DNA of 64,000 bases from Nitrospirales bacterium (GCA_965223295.1 CBDCWC010000003.1:1248001-1312000); one strand, 5' to 3'; counted from the first letter of the stretch, positions 1-9,530 are shown. The notes: a model not told the origin generated them from the letters alone. Numbers and translations are program-made.

Positions 1-41
1 AATTCTTAGATCAAAGCTCAATCCCTCAATTCACAACTCAT

Positions 42-57
42 CGGCACGGATTCAGCA
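42..57 (+). promoter_or_regulatory. possible sigma54 -24/-12 promoter
   Basis: CGGCACGGATTCAGCA has GG-N10-GC spacing and lies ~160 bp upstream of ORF 220. Confidence 0.3.
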
Positions 58-219
58 GGCCTAATGCTCAAGTTCAGAGTATTTGGCTAACAGCGGGACT
101 TCTCGAAAAGGCGTATTTTATTAAGTAGATACACCCAATCTCAATGAATTTAGGAAAGGCATGTGGTAGAATTTTTTTGTAAGAGTTATTGGGCATGTAG
201 TCATTAACAGGAGAATCCT

Positions 220-624
220 ATGACAGGGCTATCTCTTCTGGCATTATCAACTTGGCTTGTCTTTTCTTCCGTCCAAATATCTAACTCGGCCCTCCACTCG
301 TTGCCTGTAGAACCGAATGAAGAGACCCGCATTGACGAAATCTATGACCAGGAATCCCGGCTCTTTCTGTCTTTGTATTCTTTAAAGGGAAATGGAGAGA
401 TTGATTATGTCACGGGTCGAACAGTTGAAGGCCACATCCGAAGTACCTATGGCAATCCCGTATATTATCTGCCGGAACATCCTATATTCTATTGGTGGAA
501 TCACACCATGTTTAACGATCCTCAACTTGATGGGGTGAATGGCAACGAGTTAGTTTACAAGGAAGAAACAGATTTCGATGTCAGCCGCTACAAACCCTGC
601 CTCTTCAACGGTCAACCCTGTTGA
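220..624 (+). CDS. secreted hypothetical protein
   Basis: 134 aa ORF, AGGAG RBS, hydrophobic N-terminal signal-like segment, C-terminal Cys pair. Confidence 0.75.
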   Translation: MTGLSLLALSTWLVFSSVQISNSALHSLPVEPNEETRIDEIYDQESRLFLSLYSLKGNGEIDYVTGRTVEGHIRSTYGNPVYYLPEHPIFYWWNHTMFNDPQLDGVNGNELVYKEETDFDVSRYKPCLFNGQPC

Positions 625-676
625 TTGTGTTGTAAGTCAGTCGAACCGATCGCAATTTCCCCAAGTTTTATATCTT

Positions 677-866
677 GGGAGTGTTGAATAATGACGATAT
701 CAAGAGTCATATTTTGCCAAGAAGCTGAGGGCGATCAAAAGGTTCGCGGCGGTTCAAAAAGGCTTTCCAGCAAGGCCGCAGCCATTTTTGCGCGCGGAGC
801 GTACTGCCAGTAGGTGAGCACGGAAAAATGGCGAGAACGCTGCTGGCAGCTTTTTTCAACAGCCCC
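677..866 (+). mobile_element. MITE-like repeat, copy 1 (190 bp)
   Basis: Ends GGGAGTGTTGAATAA / TTTTTCAACAGCCCC; flanked by ATCTT direct repeat (672-676, 867-871); homologous to four other loci in the window. Confidence 0.85.
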
Positions 867-894
867 ATCTTCGAAAGGTTTTTGGGTGAGATTC

Positions 895-930
895 GGGTAG
901 GCCGATGAGAAACTTCTCATCGGCCTACCC
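895..930 (-). terminator. 16-bp perfect hairpin downstream of the di-heme oxidoreductase gene
   Basis: GGGTAGGCCGATGAGA-AACT-TCTCATCGGCCTACCC, ~30 nt past the stop; no clear U-tract. Confidence 0.55.
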
Positions 931-961
931 ATTAGGTTAGCCCAATTCGGAAGAATCGTGG

Positions 962-2554
962 TTATTCTAGATCGGATGGGTCGTTGAACAAAACAGGCAA
1001 CGCGATGTTGCCATGCCCGTTTTGAGGAAAATCTGGTGCGTTGCGGTTCCCCGGATTCAGATTCGATGCCGTATCGTCCGGGGGAAAGAGTACCAGAGTT
1101 TGAAGAAATTCTATAACTTGTCGCTGTCTGCTATCTGACAACCGTGCAAAAGCGTTGCGGGAAGCCTGGGCTTCTCCTCCATGTCGCAGGATCACGTTCT
1201 TGAGGTTAATGCTACGTCCATCGTGGCCATAAGGTGCGGAGGTCCCTACTCCCCATAATGGTTCGGTCATAAATTCCTTTGTCAGTGTGCCGTCAAAATT
1301 TCGCTCCCAAAAATTAGGCCCTAAATCATGCCGTTTGAAGTCCGCAAAAATATTCTTGACCACGAAAGCCTGTCCTTGTGGTGTTTTCAGAGGAGGGTTA
1401 CCACTGTTTGGCACAGTATCCGCAAGTGCTGTGGCCGTTGCGAAAAGCCTATTAAAGATTCCTTTATTGGCATTGAATCGGGTTTCGACATCAGCGACAC
1501 GACGGTCATGATCGATAGTAAGATTTCGCTTATGACAGCTGGTACATTGAATTTTTCTCATAATATCTAAGCCAGCTCTTGCACGATCGGATATCTGATA
1601 TCGACCAGGCTTGAAGTAGTTCAATAGATAAAATTCCATGTGATCCACGATGCTGACAGGAATTTCGTTAGCGACGCGGTCTAAATCAGGATCATCACTT
1701 ACGCTGGTTGCCGGAGGAGCTTCAATGTCGTCGATCGATCCATCTAACACCATCCCCGAAGGTGTCACGACGCGTTCTTCAGCTACGGCACGGGCTAAAT
1801 CTGGATCAAAGGCTTCGAGTCCCATTTCGGCGTTAAATGCTCCAACGACAAATTCACGAATAGAAATTGTGCTGCCCTCATGAAAAAAGGGACGAACACG
1901 TAAGTCTGCATTAACACCCTGGACTTGAGAAGTGTCGACTGATCCATCAGGAAGCGCCTTAATTCTGCCATAGGCAATCCCCTTGCTTCTTAAGTTTCTT
2001 CTGACATTCTTCCCCGTAGCTGCGGCTTCTTGTATGGCCGCGTCTCGAATGCTACGCAGCTCTTGAGTAATCTCATCGCCCAGCATCTCAACTAACCCTA
2101 AGCCAAACAAATGTGGGGCATCACGACTATCGGGACGTGTGAACACATCCCCTCCAAAACCGGCTGATCCCCGAGGTCTTCCATGACAGGCTGCACAACT
2201 ATCGGCCAGCCCGGCGCCATGTGAACCATCGGCTTCGATATTACCGACACCGTCATTGGTTCGTGGGCCTTGTCCTTGCGCGACGGTAAACTTGCGTTGA
2301 AAAATATTACGGCCCCGACGAATGGAACGAAACGGATCACGGTTAATAATATACAGCGAGGAGCCAGGGGTTGAAATATCACCCCGCCCCGCTCCAATTT
2401 GGTCAGCATAAGATTTCTTAATCCCTGCATTTGCAGAATTAGGTGTTTGCGTGACATCTGTTTCTTGCGAAAACCCTGCGCTGGGGCATATAAGACATCC
2501 GGCGACGAATAAGAATGTGCAGGCCAAAGGCCTAGACAAAGTTGATAGAACCAT
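962..2554 (-). CDS. di-heme oxidoreductase (DHOR / thiol oxidoreductase-like) family protein, exported
   Basis: Two CXXCH motifs (CAACH, CTSCH), PHLFGLGL and TEPLWGVG...PYGHDGR motifs; ATG at 2554 has a GGGAGG RBS and a signal peptide. Confidence 0.8.
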   Translation of the reverse strand: MVLSTLSRPLACTFLFVAGCLICPSAGFSQETDVTQTPNSANAGIKKSYADQIGAGRGDISTPGSSLYIINRDPFRSIRRGRNIFQRKFTVAQGQGPRTNDGVGNIEADGSHGAGLADSCAACHGRPRGSAGFGGDVFTRPDSRDAPHLFGLGLVEMLGDEITQELRSIRDAAIQEAAATGKNVRRNLRSKGIAYGRIKALPDGSVDTSQVQGVNADLRVRPFFHEGSTISIREFVVGAFNAEMGLEAFDPDLARAVAEERVVTPSGMVLDGSIDDIEAPPATSVSDDPDLDRVANEIPVSIVDHMEFYLLNYFKPGRYQISDRARAGLDIMRKIQCTSCHKRNLTIDHDRRVADVETRFNANKGIFNRLFATATALADTVPNSGNPPLKTPQGQAFVVKNIFADFKRHDLGPNFWERNFDGTLTKEFMTEPLWGVGTSAPYGHDGRSINLKNVILRHGGEAQASRNAFARLSDSRQRQVIEFLQTLVLFPPDDTASNLNPGNRNAPDFPQNGHGNIALPVLFNDPSDLE

Positions 2555-2735
2555 GAAATGCCTCCCTTCTATATGAACGAACGAAAAAATAAGATGGAAT
2601 GAAAATCGGAGGGGGTATCCCGTCTTGCTTGTCTTCGACAAAAAATAAAGGAGTTACCTCAAGGAAGAAATTTCAGCTTTTAGGGGGAGGGAACTTTTTC
2701 GAAGCGGAAACTATAGCCACCATGTGTAGTCAAAA

Positions 2736-2759
2736 CCATACCCCAAATTGAGGGTATGG
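2736..2759. promoter_or_regulatory. palindromic operator candidate in a divergent promoter region
   Basis: CCATACCC-N8-GGGTATGG perfect 8-bp inverted repeat. Confidence 0.5.
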
Positions 2760-3142
2760 CCTATAAAGTGTTCCTTTAAATGTTAAGGATAATGTTCATG
2801 TTGTTAACTTTATGTGTTAATTAAAGAAATATATTACTATTAATACACTTTTTTCTAACTTTAATTGTTAAATAAGATAACCCGTTGTTAGATGTATTTT
2901 TTTTCAATCAAATATAAAAAAATCTCGTGATACCATTTGGTTCAAACTTTGCTTTCCCGTTTCATTGCGAAGTTGTGAGCTAGAGTTCTCAGTTTCTTTA
3001 TGCAAGAACCATCTCTTTTTTTGAAAAGAAAGTTTCCACATGAAGCAGGAGACAATTGTTATGGAGATTGTCGAGTTCTACTGTTGATGTTTATTCAGAA
3101 GATTGTTTCATTTGCATTCCAGACAAAAAGAAACTACCCAGC

Positions 3143-4798
3143 ATGTCTATAAAAATTGTAATTGTAGGTGGAGTGGCTGGAGGAGCCAGTGCTGCAGCGA
3201 AGGCCCGCCGAACGAACGAAACGGCGGACATTACCATTTTTGAAAAAGGCCCTTATGTGTCCTTTGCCAACTGCGGGCTTCCCTACTATGTTGGAGAAAC
3301 AATCCAAGATCGGGATGACCTGTTGCTGCAAACTCCAGAGCGATTTTGGAAACGATTTCGAGTTCAAGCCCACGTCTTACACGAGGTCCTAAAAATTGAC
3401 CGGGTGACAAAGCAGGTCACTGTAAAAGATGTCCTTTCACAAGAAGTGACATCCTACCCCTATGACAAATTAATTCTGGCTCCAGGAGCTGGAGCAATTG
3501 TGCCAAAGATTCCTGGCATTCATGCCAAGAATATTTTTTCCGTCAAAACTGTTCCTGACTCCGATAGGATTAAATCGTTTCTTCAGCAACATCCATCTCA
3601 TAAGGCACTTGTCATTGGTGGTGGCTTTATCGGACTGGAAACGGCCGAAGCTTTGGCGAATCGAGGGCTAGCGGTGACCATCGTCGAGAAAGCGCCACAC
3701 ATTCTCCCCCCTTTTGATTCAGACATGGCAAGGCTCGTTGCCCATCACATAGAAGAGAAGGGTATTAGAATCATCACAGGCGACGGGATTGCAGGATTTC
3801 ATCAAGGTGCGGAGTTTGCCCAAGAAGCTGAATTGGAAAGTGGAAGACGCTTACCTATGGATTTAGCCATCCTTTCAATAGGCGTTCGTCCAGAACTAAA
3901 ACTTGCACGGGAGGCCGGCCTGGAGATTGGTGCGTCGGGAGGAATTGCCGTCAATGCGCGACAGCAAACATCTGATCCTGATATTTATGCGGCAGGGGAT
4001 GCTGTTGAAACCACTCATTTGATTACAGGGAGGCAAACACGCATTCCCTTAGCCGGACCAGCGAATAAACAAGGAAGAGTCGCGGGCGCGAACGCTGCGG
4101 GAGGAGATTTGCAATTTGATGGTGCACTAGGCACCGCTATCGTTGAAACAATGGGTATCACCGCTGCCAAAACAGGTTTGACTGGTCAGGAAGCCGAAAC
4201 CCATGGATTACAGTATTTCGTTTCGGTGACCCATCCACTGGATCACGCTGGATACTATCCTGGTGCAGAGGCCCTCCACATGAAATTGGTGGTGGAAGAG
4301 CAAACCGGAAAACTGTTGGGTGCCCAAATTGTTGGTGAACAGGGAGTGGACAAACGGATTGATGTATTGGCCACGGCGTTACATGCCAAGATGAGAGTCC
4401 AGGATTTGGAACAACTGGATTTGGCCTATGCCCCACAATTTAATTCTGCCAAGGGACCAGTCATCATGGCAGGGTTTGTGGCAGCCAATACGTTACGAGG
4501 GGAAGTGAAGACCATCACCGGGGAAGAATTGAATAAGAGACTCAAAGTAAACGCAGCTCTTCAATTATTAGATGTCCGAACTTCAGGCGAATATCAACAA
4601 ACCCACCTACCTCAAGCCCGCCTGGTTCCCGTGGATGACCTCAGAGACCATCTCCTCGATCTAGATCCCGCCCAAGAAACTGTCGTCTATTGCCGCGTCG
4701 GACTACGTGGCTATCTTGCCGCTCGCATTCTCCTCCAACATGGGTTTACGAACGTCTCGAATCTCACCGGTGGAATCCTCAGTTATTCACCCACCTAG
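3143..4798 (+). CDS. CoA-disulfide/persulfide reductase with C-terminal rhodanese domain (CoADR-RHD / Npsr-like)
   Basis: GGVAGG FAD motif, SFANCGLP redox Cys, GGGFIGLE NADH motif, LAYAP, rhodanese CRVGLRG; start moved to MSIKIVIVGG. Confidence 0.9.
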   Translation: MSIKIVIVGGVAGGASAAAKARRTNETADITIFEKGPYVSFANCGLPYYVGETIQDRDDLLLQTPERFWKRFRVQAHVLHEVLKIDRVTKQVTVKDVLSQEVTSYPYDKLILAPGAGAIVPKIPGIHAKNIFSVKTVPDSDRIKSFLQQHPSHKALVIGGGFIGLETAEALANRGLAVTIVEKAPHILPPFDSDMARLVAHHIEEKGIRIITGDGIAGFHQGAEFAQEAELESGRRLPMDLAILSIGVRPELKLAREAGLEIGASGGIAVNARQQTSDPDIYAAGDAVETTHLITGRQTRIPLAGPANKQGRVAGANAAGGDLQFDGALGTAIVETMGITAAKTGLTGQEAETHGLQYFVSVTHPLDHAGYYPGAEALHMKLVVEEQTGKLLGAQIVGEQGVDKRIDVLATALHAKMRVQDLEQLDLAYAPQFNSAKGPVIMAGFVAANTLRGEVKTITGEELNKRLKVNAALQLLDVRTSGEYQQTHLPQARLVPVDDLRDHLLDLDPAQETVVYCRVGLRGYLAARILLQHGFTNVSNLTGGILSYSPT

Positions 4799-4870
4799 AA
4801 GTTTCAATTGTTTGTTTGACTGATTCAACTCCAAAGAATCCATTTAAGGGTTTGGGGAAATCAGTTAGGC

Positions 4871-4897
4871 TAACCGTTAAGCTATGCTTAACGGTTA
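4871..4897. promoter_or_regulatory. 12-bp perfect inverted repeat (operator/enhancer or hairpin)
   Basis: TAACCGTTAAGC-TAT-GCTTAACGGTTA. Confidence 0.5.
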
Positions 4898-5007
4898 ACG
4901 TTTCCGCTTTAACAATTCTCTTGTGGTACGGACCTGTGTCTTTGGCTCTTATTCTACAACTCGTTGTTTTTGTAAAGAAAAGCGACTCTCGTTCAGAGAT
5001 TTTTTCA

Positions 5008-5023
5008 TGGCATTGCGCTTGCG
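5008..5023 (+). promoter_or_regulatory. sigma54 -24/-12 promoter
   Basis: TGGCATTGCGCTTGCG closely fits TGGCAC-N5-TTGC; 50 bp upstream of ORF 5073. Confidence 0.6.
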
Positions 5024-5072
5024 TATACGTATGGTGTGATTAAGGTTAATTATCAATAGGGAGGAAAGGGCC

Positions 5073-5279
5073 ATGTGTAAAAATGTTGGTAGCACAGAAA
5101 AAGGCATTCGCTTGATTTTGGGAGGTTTGTTGGTAATCGCGGCCATGTTTCTCCAGTTACCGACATGGGGAACGGCTATATTAGGTGTGGTTGGAGCGAT
5201 CTCTGTACTAACGGGAACAGTGGGATACTGTCCAGTTTGGAGCATATTTGGCATTAACACCTGTGGCGTCGAAGAGTGA
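5073..5279 (+). CDS. DUF2892 / YgaP-like small membrane protein
   Basis: KNVGxxE..IRL..G, two TM helices, G.CP.W..FGINTC signature; GGAGG RBS. Confidence 0.85.
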   Translation: MCKNVGSTEKGIRLILGGLLVIAAMFLQLPTWGTAILGVVGAISVLTGTVGYCPVWSIFGINTCGVEE

Positions 5280-5518
5280 GGGCAATCTGACAGTGCCGAT
5301 CAAAAAACCAAACATATAATGTAATTGCGATATATGATGTGATACAGCTTTTACTCGTATTCAGGTATTTTTACCCTCTACCCGCATACCATACACAAGG
5401 CCCCTCACAGCTTTGTCTCCTTGGGTGGAAGGCATCCACAATATGCTTTCAGAAATTTCATTGGTGTTACAACAAAGATAGGTTTTTCATATATAGGGTT
5501 ATGAATGGAGGATTCACA

Positions 5519-6949
5519 ATGAAGAGAGTATTCCGATTATTCATGTGTTCTCACGAAAGGGCTGGAGGTCTGCTTCTGGCTTTTTGCCTTTTCTTTTTCC
5601 CTGGCTTCTCTCAGGTCTTTGCTGCTGATGCTCAAGAAGCTGAGTCATTGGTAAACAATACTTGCTCGACGTGCCATAAATTTGAAGGGAAGGAGGAGAG
5701 CCGGTTCAACTTAAAAGCCCCGGATTTGATGTGGGGTGGGAGCAAGTATCAGCGGGATTGGCTTATTCGTTGGCTTACCGGGAAAGAGCCATTGTTGTAC
5801 GTGAAAAATTATCGCTGGGATCTCAAACAGGACCCGGATCCCCATATGACCGTGACGGAGGCACAAGCTAATTCCATTGCCGATTATTTCGAAAAAAATC
5901 TCATCGACTCTCGAGTCACTGTTGGTGCATTTGATCTCTCCAAGGTGACAAAACGCGATGCCGAAGTTGGAGCGGTTATTTATAAGGCCCATGCCTGCAT
6001 CGGCTGCCACACCATTGAAGAAAATGGGCAACTCGTCGGTGGACCACAAAGCGCCAATTTAGCGGATTCCGGAAATCGATATGACAAGGACTGGTTGTTC
6101 CGATTTGGGATCAACCCCCAAGATTTCACTCCACATAGCGGAGAATTTTTGGCTGATGCCACAGAACCGCAACTAAGAAGTGTGATTGGATATCTCATGA
6201 CGCTGGGTGTTAAAGATTTTCAATACTACGAACCCTGGACCAGTCCTGAGTTTGCCAATGCCAGTGTGGCGAGAGGCACCGTCATCTATAAAGAATATTG
6301 CTCACAATGTCATGGCGCGGAGGGGAAAGGCGATGGTCCGGCGGCATCGGGTTTGAGTCCCAAGCCTGCCGTTCACGCCAACATTCCTTTCGAAAAGCTA
6401 CCAATGGAGTACCTCTATAATGTCATTAACCACGGTGGACCAAGCGTGGGCAAGTCAGCCAATATGCCCTATTGGGGACTGACCATTGGACAACAAGGCG
6501 TGGCAGATGTGATTGCTTATCTTAAAGCAACATTCAAAGGCGGTACTGAAGTGGCAAAGGCCACTGGAGGAACTGGCCCTTCAGGTGTCTGCCCGCAACC
6601 ACGAAAGACTAAACGTGCGCCTGGGAAATTCCGCAACATGGAAAACCCTCTTCCACAGAATGCTGAGAACATCAAGGCCGGAGAAACCTTATATCAACAA
6701 ACTGCAAAACCGCTAGCTTGCATGAACTGTCATGGCGCACACGGAGACGGGGAAGGACCGATGGGGGCTGCGTTGGATCCTCGTCCACGAAATTTCACCT
6801 GTGCGGAAACCATGAAAGATATTTCTGATGGTCAAATGTTCTGGATCATCAAAAACGGATCAGTTGGAACTGGGATGATGGCTTTTTCAGGAATGCCAGA
6901 CAATCAAATTTGGCAATTGGTTCAGTATATCCGAACCTTAGCCAGATGA
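5519..6949 (+). CDS. tetraheme c-type cytochrome
   Basis: Four CXXCH motifs (CSTCH, CIGCH, CSQCH, CMNCH), signal peptide, GGAGGA RBS before ATG 5519. Confidence 0.85.
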   Translation: MKRVFRLFMCSHERAGGLLLAFCLFFFPGFSQVFAADAQEAESLVNNTCSTCHKFEGKEESRFNLKAPDLMWGGSKYQRDWLIRWLTGKEPLLYVKNYRWDLKQDPDPHMTVTEAQANSIADYFEKNLIDSRVTVGAFDLSKVTKRDAEVGAVIYKAHACIGCHTIEENGQLVGGPQSANLADSGNRYDKDWLFRFGINPQDFTPHSGEFLADATEPQLRSVIGYLMTLGVKDFQYYEPWTSPEFANASVARGTVIYKEYCSQCHGAEGKGDGPAASGLSPKPAVHANIPFEKLPMEYLYNVINHGGPSVGKSANMPYWGLTIGQQGVADVIAYLKATFKGGTEVAKATGGTGPSGVCPQPRKTKRAPGKFRNMENPLPQNAENIKAGETLYQQTAKPLACMNCHGAHGDGEGPMGAALDPRPRNFTCAETMKDISDGQMFWIIKNGSVGTGMMAFSGMPDNQIWQLVQYIRTLAR

Positions 6950-6998
6950 GGGTTCCTTTTTCATGGCAATGTCACTATTGGTGGAAGGTTTCAGAGTT

Positions 6999-7035
6999 CC
7001 TTCTCCCTTGAGGGAGAAGGTTAGGATGAGGGTGA
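6999..7035. repeat. CCYTCTCCC...GGGAGARGG palindromic REP-like element
   Basis: CCTTCTCCC-TTGA-GGGAGAAGG followed by TTAGGATGAGGGTG, a layout seen in a widespread bacterial intergenic repeat. Confidence 0.55.
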
Positions 7036-7156
7036 AGACTTCAGCAGCTAGTGAAAATAGAATAGTGACTTAGTTACTTGATAAGCTTCTACCCTCACTC
7101 AGGGTCTGAGTCGAAAGTGAAAATACTATTACTATATTACTAAGCTTAAGGAACCC

Positions 7157-8386
7157 ATGGCTTCAAATGGATTGACTCGGCGGCGGTTTCTTCAAGCGTT
7201 GCTCATTGCAGGTGGGCTCACAGCATCGGGGAAATCGCTGGTTCGGGCTGTACCAACTCCTAGCATCACCTTGCCGTTTGAGAGAGGAAAGCGACCTCTG
7301 GTGGCTTTCCCTGAAAAACGGCCGTTGATGGTTATGACCACACGACCGCCGCAACTCGAAACACCATTTTCTCTTTTCAATGAAGGTATTTTTACTCCCA
7401 ATGACGCGTTCTTTGTCCGCTGGCATTTGGCCAATATCCCTACCACGATTGACTCGAAAACATTTCGTGTAACGATAAGAGGACGAGTCAAGAAACCTGT
7501 ATCTTTTAGCCTTAAGGATTTACAAGAAAAATTTGAGCCGATAGAAATTGCAGCAGTTTGCCAATGTGCAGGAAATAGCCGAGGGTTTTCTGACCCTCAG
7601 GTTGCTGGAGGACAATGGGGCCATGGAGCTATGGGGAATGCTCTGTGGAGGGGAGTGCGGTTGCGCGACTTATTGGAACAAGCCCAATTAGAAAATGATG
7701 CCAAACATATTCGGTTCGACGGCATGGATCGTCCAGTGGCCAATGCCACACCGGATTTTCTGAAGTCACTGCCCCTTGATGCTGCGACTGCAGACCAGGT
7801 GTTGGTGGCTTATTCTATGAATGGCGAGCCTCTTCCAATGCTCAATGGTTTTCCTCTGAGGTTGGTCGTGCCTGGATGGTATGCCAGCTATTGGGTCAAG
7901 ATGGTGAATGATATCGAAGTGCTCAATGACGAAGATCGAAATTTCTGGATGAACCCAGCCTATCGAATCCCCGACAATGCCTGCGGTTGTGTAGAGCCCG
8001 GCGAAAAAGCTGTAGCAACTACTCCACTTTCCACTATGAAGGTACGATCCTTTATTACAAATGTAGTCAGTGGGGAAAATATATCCAGTGGGTCTGGTGT
8101 GCCGATTAAAGGCATTGCGTTTGATCAAGGGTATGGAATCGATCGAGTATTATTTTCTTCAGATGGGGGGCGACATTGGAAAGCCGCGAGATTGGGAAAA
8201 GATTTTGGAGATTTCTCTTTTCGTCAGTGGGAAACTCAGGTGTTTTTGAAGCCTGGGCAGTCCTATCAATTGCAGTCGTTAGCGATCAATCGCATAGGAG
8301 AATCTCAACAGCTTCATCCCAAATGGAATCCCAGTGGTTATTTGCGTAATGCGGTGGAAACAGTTCATGTTTCAACCCAAGACTAA
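7157..8386 (+). CDS. sorA: sulfite oxidase family molybdoenzyme (SorA-like sulfite dehydrogenase catalytic subunit)
   Basis: Tat signal TRRRFL, FFVRWH, Mo-ligand CAGNSR, NGFPLRLVVPGWY..WVK, C-terminal dimerization domain ending WNPSGY. Confidence 0.8.
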   Translation: MASNGLTRRRFLQALLIAGGLTASGKSLVRAVPTPSITLPFERGKRPLVAFPEKRPLMVMTTRPPQLETPFSLFNEGIFTPNDAFFVRWHLANIPTTIDSKTFRVTIRGRVKKPVSFSLKDLQEKFEPIEIAAVCQCAGNSRGFSDPQVAGGQWGHGAMGNALWRGVRLRDLLEQAQLENDAKHIRFDGMDRPVANATPDFLKSLPLDAATADQVLVAYSMNGEPLPMLNGFPLRLVVPGWYASYWVKMVNDIEVLNDEDRNFWMNPAYRIPDNACGCVEPGEKAVATTPLSTMKVRSFITNVVSGENISSGSGVPIKGIAFDQGYGIDRVLFSSDGGRHWKAARLGKDFGDFSFRQWETQVFLKPGQSYQLQSLAINRIGESQQLHPKWNPSGYLRNAVETVHVSTQD

Positions 8387-8393
8387 CCTTCTG

Positions 8394-9065
8394 ATGATAC
8401 GGTTGCTCACCTGTGCTTTCCTTATTATAGACCTAGGCCTCAGCAGTTTCATGTCGACCTCTTTTTCAGAAGAATTTCACCCAGCATCCTCATCGATTGT
8501 CTTGCCGACAGATCCCTTTTCCTTTCAACCAGGTTCTGGTCAAGAGATCGCCAATACGTACTGCGTAATTTGTCACTCTGCCGATTATATTTACACCCAG
8601 CCTTCTCACTCACAGGAAGAATGGACCAAGATCATCAAAAAAATGCAGCACACCTTCGGCTGTCCGATTCCTGACGATTCAAGGACTCCGTTGGCGCAGT
8701 ATTTGGTACAACAGAATGACATCATGCCTTTTAGGATGAAGTCCAACATTTCTCAGACGCCAGCTCCTTCAATTGGGATAAGAAATGGGAATCCATTCGA
8801 TGGCAAATCAATCTATACCACCAATTGCATCAATTGCCACGGAACTGACGGATATGGTGATGGCCCTATTGGGCAGCAATTAATCCCGCCTGCGGCTAAT
8901 TTGACCGTGGTAGGGAAGAAGTCAGACCAAGAACTTCTCCGAATTATCCGAAACGGGCGTCCCGGCACAGCCATGCCTCCTTGGAAAGGGAGCTTATCTG
9001 ATCAAGACATTGTTGATGTCTTATCTTATGTGAGAACTTTTTCTCAAGAGTTTCCTCAACGCTAA
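8394..9065 (+). CDS. diheme cytochrome c (SorB-like domain fused to a second class I cytochrome c domain)
   Basis: CVICHSADYIYTQP...W..IIKKM..FG (SorB-like) plus CINCH...AMPPW; directly after sorA; start uncertain (8367 or 8394). Confidence 0.75.
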   Translation: MIRLLTCAFLIIDLGLSSFMSTSFSEEFHPASSSIVLPTDPFSFQPGSGQEIANTYCVICHSADYIYTQPSHSQEEWTKIIKKMQHTFGCPIPDDSRTPLAQYLVQQNDIMPFRMKSNISQTPAPSIGIRNGNPFDGKSIYTTNCINCHGTDGYGDGPIGQQLIPPAANLTVVGKKSDQELLRIIRNGRPGTAMPPWKGSLSDQDIVDVLSYVRTFSQEFPQR

Positions 9066-9243
9066 AACTATCCATCATTAAGAATGTTTTCCTTCATATG
9101 AGGAGCATCTCGCTTACTCAGAGACCCCTCGTTATCTTGTATATTTTCGCCTGACTTGTGTCCTCAGTAATTTTCCCCATACAATATAAGTAGGTAACCC
9201 CCTCCTCAAACTTTATATTTTCTCAGTCCAGGAGGTAATAATT

Positions 9244-9489
9244 ATGGCAAACACCTATTCAATATTGATTGTAGGAGTTGCAATGCTGGGTTTGACCGCT
9301 TGTGGGAGCACAGGGGGCAATGTCGGACTTGGCGTGTTGGGAGGTGCGGCGGCAAGTGCCGGAGGATACGAATTGCATTTGAAAAATCAGAAGGAGCAGG
9401 TGGAAGAAGACTTTAAAGATGGTAAGATAGATGAGAATGATCGAGATATCCGGCTCAGTCAAATCAAACGTGACTCGCTTCTCCAGTAA
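9244..9489 (+). CDS. small lipoprotein with glycine-zipper-like segment
   Basis: Lipobox LTAC, AGGAGG RBS, GLGVLGGAAA segment. Confidence 0.75.
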   Translation: MANTYSILIVGVAMLGLTACGSTGGNVGLGVLGGAAASAGGYELHLKNQKEQVEEDFKDGKIDENDRDIRLSQIKRDSLLQ

Positions 9490-9530
9490 ACTCCCAACAC
9501 AACGGAATATTTTTTAACTACTCGTGTTTA

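Noticed and set aside
735-932. 65-aa ORF, and similar ORFs at 40399-40656, 40404-40712, 49352-49672 and 58317-58610
   Set aside because: They are translations of the MITE sequence (shared RTPLAAFF / AAAIFARGA-type peptides), not independent genes
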